A stretch of 64,000 nucleotides of DNA from the human T2T-CHM13v2.0 reference genome, Homo sapiens, in the NCBI RefSeq assembly GCF_009914755.1, contig NC_060932.1, one strand, 5' to 3'. The notes below the pieces were generated by a model that had not been told where the DNA came from, searched no databases, and worked only from the letters and a program-made list of their open reading frames with translations. Positions 57,620 to 64,000 of the stretch are shown one piece after another. Positions within the stretch are counted from its first letter, which is position 1, and every line of letters starts with the position of its first letter. A program made the position numbers and the translations under genes.

Positions 57620-58700
57620 AGTTCCACTTTTACCTAGAGGTGGGTCCTGGTGACCTCCTTTTTTCTGTTCCTATCTGAATCTGGGTTTGTCTGTGCCTGC
57701 CACACTGCTGTTGTTTGGGATTTTTCCTTCTCAGTATCCCAAGAATTGCTTTTACTTTTATTTTGTTTTGGATTGACTGTTAGCAGGATCTCATGTCTTT
57801 TTTCTTGATTTACTTACTTATTATGATGAGACTTTTTTTGTTTTTGAGTAGATTCTTGAGAAACTGTTCAAGGAGGTAATATTTTTGACATTCCACTTTT
57901 CTGAAAATATTTTTAGTCTATCTTTATTCTCAGTTGGTAGTTTGAATGGATATGGAATTCTAGGTGGACATTTAATTTCACTCAGACATTTGAAAGCATT
58001 ACTTTCCAGCTTTCATCATCATTCATATGATGCTGTTCTTATACAATTTTTTTTTGTATGTGAATTTTAGACCTTTGTATTGCTTTCAGAATCTTTTTTT
58101 AAAACCATAATTATTGAAATTTCCCACTTAGTTGCTCTGGTCTGTGCCTTTACAAATTTCATCTTGTTTTCAATTTAGTGGGCTCATTCAATTTGGAGAC
58201 TTATGGCCTCAGTTATAAAATACTGTATTTTGTTATTTATTTGTTAATTTATCTACATTGTATTCTAGGCATTTTATTCCTTTAGTGCTTATTTTTTGCA
58301 CTTGGATACTTTCTGAATTGATCTTTTCTCTTCTATTGTCTAGCTCCACTTTTTTGTTCTATTTTCTGGAGCATTTTGTCAGTTATTTCTTTCAATCTTT
58401 TTACTGATTTGAAAAAAAAATTCTGTCCCTTTTTTTCTTCAGGGATTAATTTTTATCAGAGTTTCTGTTTACCCATAGCATCTTGTTCTTGTTTTATTGA
58501 TGCAATATTTTCTTTCATGTGGATGAAATATGGACTATCATTTTTAAATAGTTCCCAGTTCTAATTGTCTTTATTGTTCCCCTTTATACTTCATGCTGGA
58601 AACTTTCCTCCAAAATTTTGTGATCTTTGAGCCGTTAAAAACAGAAATGCATTTTGGAGCCTTTTAAAAATAGAAATTCTACCAGTAAGCAGAATTTAGC
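57620..58700 (-). mobile_element. Very old L1M ORF1/5' region fragments
   Basis: T-rich text such as ctgaaaatatttttagtc, gttggtagtttgaatggatatggaattctagg, tttgaaagcattac. Confidence 0.55.
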
Positions 58701-60972
58701 AAGTAGTAGGCAATCACGTGGACAGCTGGCATTTAAAAATGACTTTTCCCAAATGTCCTTATTAATAGTCCTCTTCTCTGGGGCAGTTTAGGATCTTGAA
58801 AGAAGGATACCAGTCTCCTGTGAGTAAGGTAAAATGAGGGGAGCTGAGGTCTTTCCTTTCACCTGTGACTTCACCTCCTTTGTCTTTACCTTCAGAACTT
58901 CACCTCTTACCCTTTTCTGAGCTTTATTTTCTTGAATCAAGAGTGGCCTTAGTTCAATTTCTTCAGAATATACATCTCCATTTTCCTATGGAGAGAGAGC
59001 AGGAGCAGTCGTTGCATAGGATAGGAATGAAAATGACCACTTTCCTAGACATTCAAGTAATCCACCTGGTTTTTGGCCCAGTCTCTTTGCCTCCACCTTC
59101 TTCATGCCTAGAGCCTCTCTTTTCTGAGGTTGAGTGGTTTCTGTGGGGCAATCAGCTTGTTTCTCATTTGGTGTCCTACTCTGTTCCTACTTTCTCTGCT
59201 CTAAGTTATTTCCCATTCACCCTTTCAAATTCTGCTGAATCATATATTGGGATCAAGTTGAAAACACTTTAATAGTTTTATTGAAGACTAAAGATATCCT
59301 TCTGTTCCTGTTGTAGTCACGAAAGAGAAAAGGGCAGAGTCATTATTGGTGACTTTGACTAATTTTGATGACTTCTGGATTTGCCATTGACTTGAGATAT
59401 ATCTTCTTCTATCATCATACAGAATTTCTTAAAATTCTGTCTTAGAATATATGACAGTTTTTATCCCTGTTCATCTTACTATAAGGCAAGAAAGGCCTAT
59501 CAGTTAGGCTTTGATCGCTCTAATTACTTAATTTCACAACTAATATTGTAATTCATTTCATTATTTAAGTTCCTTATTACTTTTCTCTCACATCTCCTTT
59601 GGTGGAAAATAAAATTAATGAATAGTACAAAGTTTATAAATGATACGTTATAATCATCAAGCAATTAAAAAAACAAATAATAACTAAAGCTTTTTCATAG
59701 TTTGCAACACTTAAATTTGCTAAGACTTTCTCTGATGATAGGATTTTTAATATTTATACCACAATAATATTATAAATAATTTAATGGTATAGAATATTTT
59801 ATAAAATATAAAAAACTCATAATCATAACACTAAAAATAATAGGCATAAACTTAAAAAAAAGCTAAAAATAACCACCCCTCCCTCAACACACCTACAGAC
59901 GATAATATTTTCATAATATATATTCCACAGTAGACACAGATTAATTTCCACATGTATTTTATTTGGTGCTTCTGTATATCAATGATTCAGCGGGTTTCAT
60001 ATTCTGATTGTTATTAGGAGAATTTCAGTGAACCAAGGCTGAATAAATGAGATATTCCTCCACACTTTCAACCTCACCCCTGTTTAACTTTATATTACTA
60101 CTCTGAGTTGTTCATATCTGTCTTCTAAATAACTCGTTTTTACTCATAATGAATTCCCTATACATCTGGAGGTAATCCTTGAGTGTTAGGAGGCCACTTC
60201 TGTAACCTTATCTGCTTGAGGTTATTTATTCCTGGCCTGACCTTCTGTCCCTACCACGCACAGCTATCACTCCCAGGTGACTGACAAAGGCATCCGCAAT
60301 TGGCACTTTAATGACTAAGCCCAGGATAGTGGAACTGTTCGATGGTCAGTTGAAGGCCTTTCTTGTGCTACTGATGCCTTATTGATAACGTTGTGCAACT
60401 ATGAGGGTGTAACCAAAACAAAAATCTTCTAGATGGGCTATGCTAGAAAGAACATGAATTTGTGATTTAGATAGAACCTAATATCAATTCAGGCTATGTC
60501 ACCTTTAGTTAAGTGATCTTGAGAAAAAAATAACCTCTCTGACATTATTTCTCCAACTATCAAGATCTAGGGATTTTTCTAATAAGATGATGCACGCATC
60601 CAGTGCTTAGCAAGTGCTCAGAAAATTGTAATGCATGCTACTATTACTTGCAACTGTGGCAGAGAACTTTTGTGGGGGTATTTATATAAGGAATAAAGGA
60701 GGTCCAAGAGGTCTTTGGACCTAAATATTCCTTCTGAGGTCTTCCATATGTGGTAGAAATACATAGGAACCATAATTCATCATAACTCTCCACAATTGAC
60801 AAATAATTATATTATAATGATCTATATAGTAAGCCTATGTATACTGTAGAAAACATCCTCAGATACTCTTTAGAAGAGGCTGAGATATCAATAACTTGAA
60901 CAAAAGTATAGACATGGGGTTTGAAGATATTAATATATCGGATACAATGTATAACCTATTGTGTTGTTAATA

Positions 60973-61075
60973 TTAGGTTGGTGAAAAAGTAATTCTTGTT
61001 TTTGCATTAAAAGTAATGGCAAAAACATCATTACTTTTAATGGCAAAAACAGGAATTACTTTTGCACCAACATAA
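60973..61075. mobile_element. MADE1 MITE with internal duplication (miR-548-like hairpin)
   Basis: ttaggttggtgaaaaagtaatt...aattacttttgcaccaacataa flanked by TA dinucleotides. Confidence 0.92.
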
Positions 61076-61293
61076 TATATTCAATAAATCATTGTGAGAA
61101 ATTACATATTCCCTAAGCTATTGTTCTGGATGATTATCCAACAAGTTACCTCTAAGTGCCACGAAGGAAAAAGATGCAGAAAAAAAAATCTAATTTTCCT
61201 AGAGGAAAATGAACATGAAACATGAGGTAGACATGCCTAGGTGAGCTCTTTGGACAAGATAAGGACACTTCTAGAAAAGGGGAGGAATTCTAA

Positions 61294-61295
<2 letters not shown>

Positions 61296-61341
<46 letters not shown>
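61296..61341. repeat. (GT)n microsatellite, about 23 units
   Basis: Direct read of an uninterrupted run. Confidence 0.97.
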
Positions 61342-61342
<1 letters not shown>

Positions 61343-61961
61343 GGGGTAGTAGTATATATCAGAATTTGGCTTTGGCCATCCTTGAATACCAGCTTAGTTT
61401 AAACTGTATTAGCCAAGTTCGTTTTTTTATAACCTACTCCACTTTGGTGTCATATGGGTCAGGTGGAAAAATATCAACTCTGTAATGAACACTTCTCTAG
61501 TACCTGGGGTTTTTCTCTTGAGCCAACTTTCCTATGTCACTTTGTTGAATGCATTTTTCAACATCTTTGTAGTGAAAAGAAAATACTTTAATAAACCTTT
61601 ATTTCCAAACCTGTGTTCCCTGTGGTGATGGCAAAGTTTAGGTGAGATTTACTCACAGACATGGCTGAGCTTCTTGAAGGACCCCCAATGTGTCATCTTT
61701 GCTGTGTCTTCTGCCAAAAAAGACTTTCTTTACATTATGAATTAAATAGCTCTCACATCCTGGAGTCTACTGTCAAATCCTATTGACTATTCTGCACTGC
61801 TCAGAAATGTTCTTCATTTGTATCTAAACCTTGATCTCAATCCGCATGTTTATATGACTGAAAATTTTAGTTTGATTATAATAAATACTTTTCACAGGAA
61901 TGGAAAATGGAAGGATTCCTTAATTTATGCAGATGTATGTTTAATATAAGGCTTCCTCTAA

Positions 61962-62281
<320 letters not shown>

Positions 62282-63189
62282 AGTTTTTCCATACACTTTT
62301 GGTGGAACCTTTTAATACAGATATTTTTCTAAGTGAGCTGTGATATCTCTACAGTGTTTTCAAGATAGTATTCCTTCCCATTTCTCCCATTGTTTCCTAT
62401 TATGTTCAAACCAAATGAATCTGCTTGCTTCTCCTGGCTTCACATTAATGGCATACTTATGCCTCCTTAGTAAGATTTCTCATAAAGAATTGCATGATTC
62501 AATTAAACATGGAGAGAAGAAAAGATGCTAGTTCTAATACCTTCACCTCATTAAATTAGTTTGAAGGAAACAAAAAGGTAGAGAAAGGCTTTGTTAAAGG
62601 ATGAAGTAGGTTTTAGTAGCACAGGTAATAGGAAAGAACAGCCTAGGCACAGGAAACTATCAACATAGGTAGAAAAGTTACAGAAGTCATTCAATGACTT
62701 CAGGGATACTGGTTAAAACTTCCACTATAATTTGTAGATGATAATAGCAGCAAAAATAGAAACTACCACTTAAATACTATCATTTACTGACTTTATTTTA
62801 TGTACAAAATCATTCATATATTTTAATTACATTTAACCCTTATTATAACACCATTTTAGATGAGTATTTTTTTTTTCAAATGAGAAAATGGAATTTCTCT
62901 GAGGTTAAGTACCTTGCTAAAATGAGTGATAAAAATGAAATTCAAGAGAATCAAAGCTTTTTGTATTTCTACAACATCATAGAATTTGGAGGCTAAATTT
63001 TGCTATTGGGGAATCATAAGTGTAATGCATGATTATGAGCAACTCCTGAACACCACTCTATATTGAAAAAGAGAGGTTATTGAAAGAGTAGAATTTTTCA
63101 CAAAAAAAGAAACTTAGTGTAGAGAGGACAAGAAGGACAGGACCTCTTCCACTGAGGCCCATTGAGAATATAACCAGTAACTCCTGGGA

Positions 63190-63345
63190 ATAGTCGCAGG
63201 TTTGGTAATCTCATAAGCAATATATCTGGATTTCACCAAGGAATTTGGCAAAGACTTGTGTAATTTTTTGGCAGACAAGGCTGAGAAATATGCGATGATG
63301 ATATAGTTAAAATCAGAGCTGGTTTAAAACTTGTAATCAGTGAGC
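63190..63345 (+). mobile_element. L3/CR1 reverse-transcriptase fragment
   Basis: ata tat ctg gat ttc acc aag gaa ttt ggc aaa = IYLDFTKEFGK, resembling the CR1 RT motif IYLDFSKAFDK. Confidence 0.65.
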
Positions 63346-63720
63346 TTTTAATATTGGTTAAGAATGAAATAAATCTGTGTTCTAATCTCATATACGTTAT
63401 TAAGTAGACACAAAGACCTTGAGAAAGTCATTAGCCCTTCCAGACAGTATTATTATTAGTTCATCTACAAAAGAGGTTTGGAAATACATATCTCAGTTGC
63501 CATGAGTAATATATTGAAAAAGAGAAATGTAACCAATGAAAAATAAAAATTTATAACTCTATTCCTAAAGAATTTGTCTGAAATATAAAAATCTAGAATA
63601 AGTTTGGACTTCTCTACATGATATACCTGATAAAAGATATTCAGATTATGTTTGGTGTGGGAAAATTAATTAGAAAGTTCTAGCACCCCAGCTTGGAGGC
63701 ACTAGAATAACATTAAAAGA

Positions 63721-63830
63721 TAAACAAAAGATGAAAGATTAAAAACAAAATATATATAAATAAGGTCTCTCTATTTAAACAAAAGATGAAAGATTAAAAA
63801 CAAAATACATATAAATAAGGTCTCTCTATT
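63721..63830. repeat. Tandem duplication, 2 x 55 bp
   Basis: 63721-63775 versus 63776-63830, 1 mismatch. Confidence 0.96.
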
Positions 63831-63899
63831 TATTACTTATTTCCTAAAGTGAACAGCCTTGGTTTCCTACCCAGCATTATCCCATTTCCCCTTAACTTC

Positions 63900-64000
63900 T
63901 TCTTTTTTTTTTTTTTTTTTGAGACAGAGTCTCGCTCTGTCCCCCAGGCTGGAGTGCAGTGGCGCAATCTCGCTCACTGCAAGCTCCGCCTCCCGGGTTC
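63900..64000 (-). mobile_element. AluY, truncated by the window edge
   Basis: Poly(T), then gagacagagtctcgctc...gcaagctccgcctcccgggttc. Confidence 0.93.

Noticed and set aside
58865-59272. 135-aa plus-strand ORF
   Set aside because: Leu/Ser/Phe-rich translation of pyrimidine-rich, probably old L1-derived DNA; GTG start; no domain.

Overview
Primate (human-like) non-coding genomic DNA: AT-rich, CpG-depleted and dense in interspersed repeats. I find no credible protein-coding gene, CpG island or prokaryotic-type system. The longer six-frame ORFs that I could place lie in Alu, THE1 or L1 sequence, and the rest look like chance ORFs. Repeat content: 19 Alus, solo LTR7 (HERV-H), a nested LTR cluster at 1.8-4.7 kb, two MER4 LTRs, MLT1 LTRs, a solo THE1 LTR and a complete THE1D MaLR provirus, a 4.4-kb L1PA/PB with 17-bp TSD, older L1M/L2/CR1/MIR pieces, Tigger3a and two MADE1 MITEs. 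Best observations: (1) a tailless retrocopy of the 5' half of tRNA-Arg(TCT) with a 17-bp TSD whose only mismatch is G9>T, the position of m1G9, so possibly an RNA-modification misread fixed in the genome; (2) a 51-bp-stem fold-back inside an L1 3' end; (3) a run of templated micro-rearrangement scars; (4) a tightly spaced inverted AluY pair; (5) a strong CTCF motif beside a repeat-poor, TF-motif-rich island. All repeat family and subfamily names come from recalled consensus sequences and need Dfam/RepeatMasker confirmation. I cannot support a new biological system beyond these candidates.
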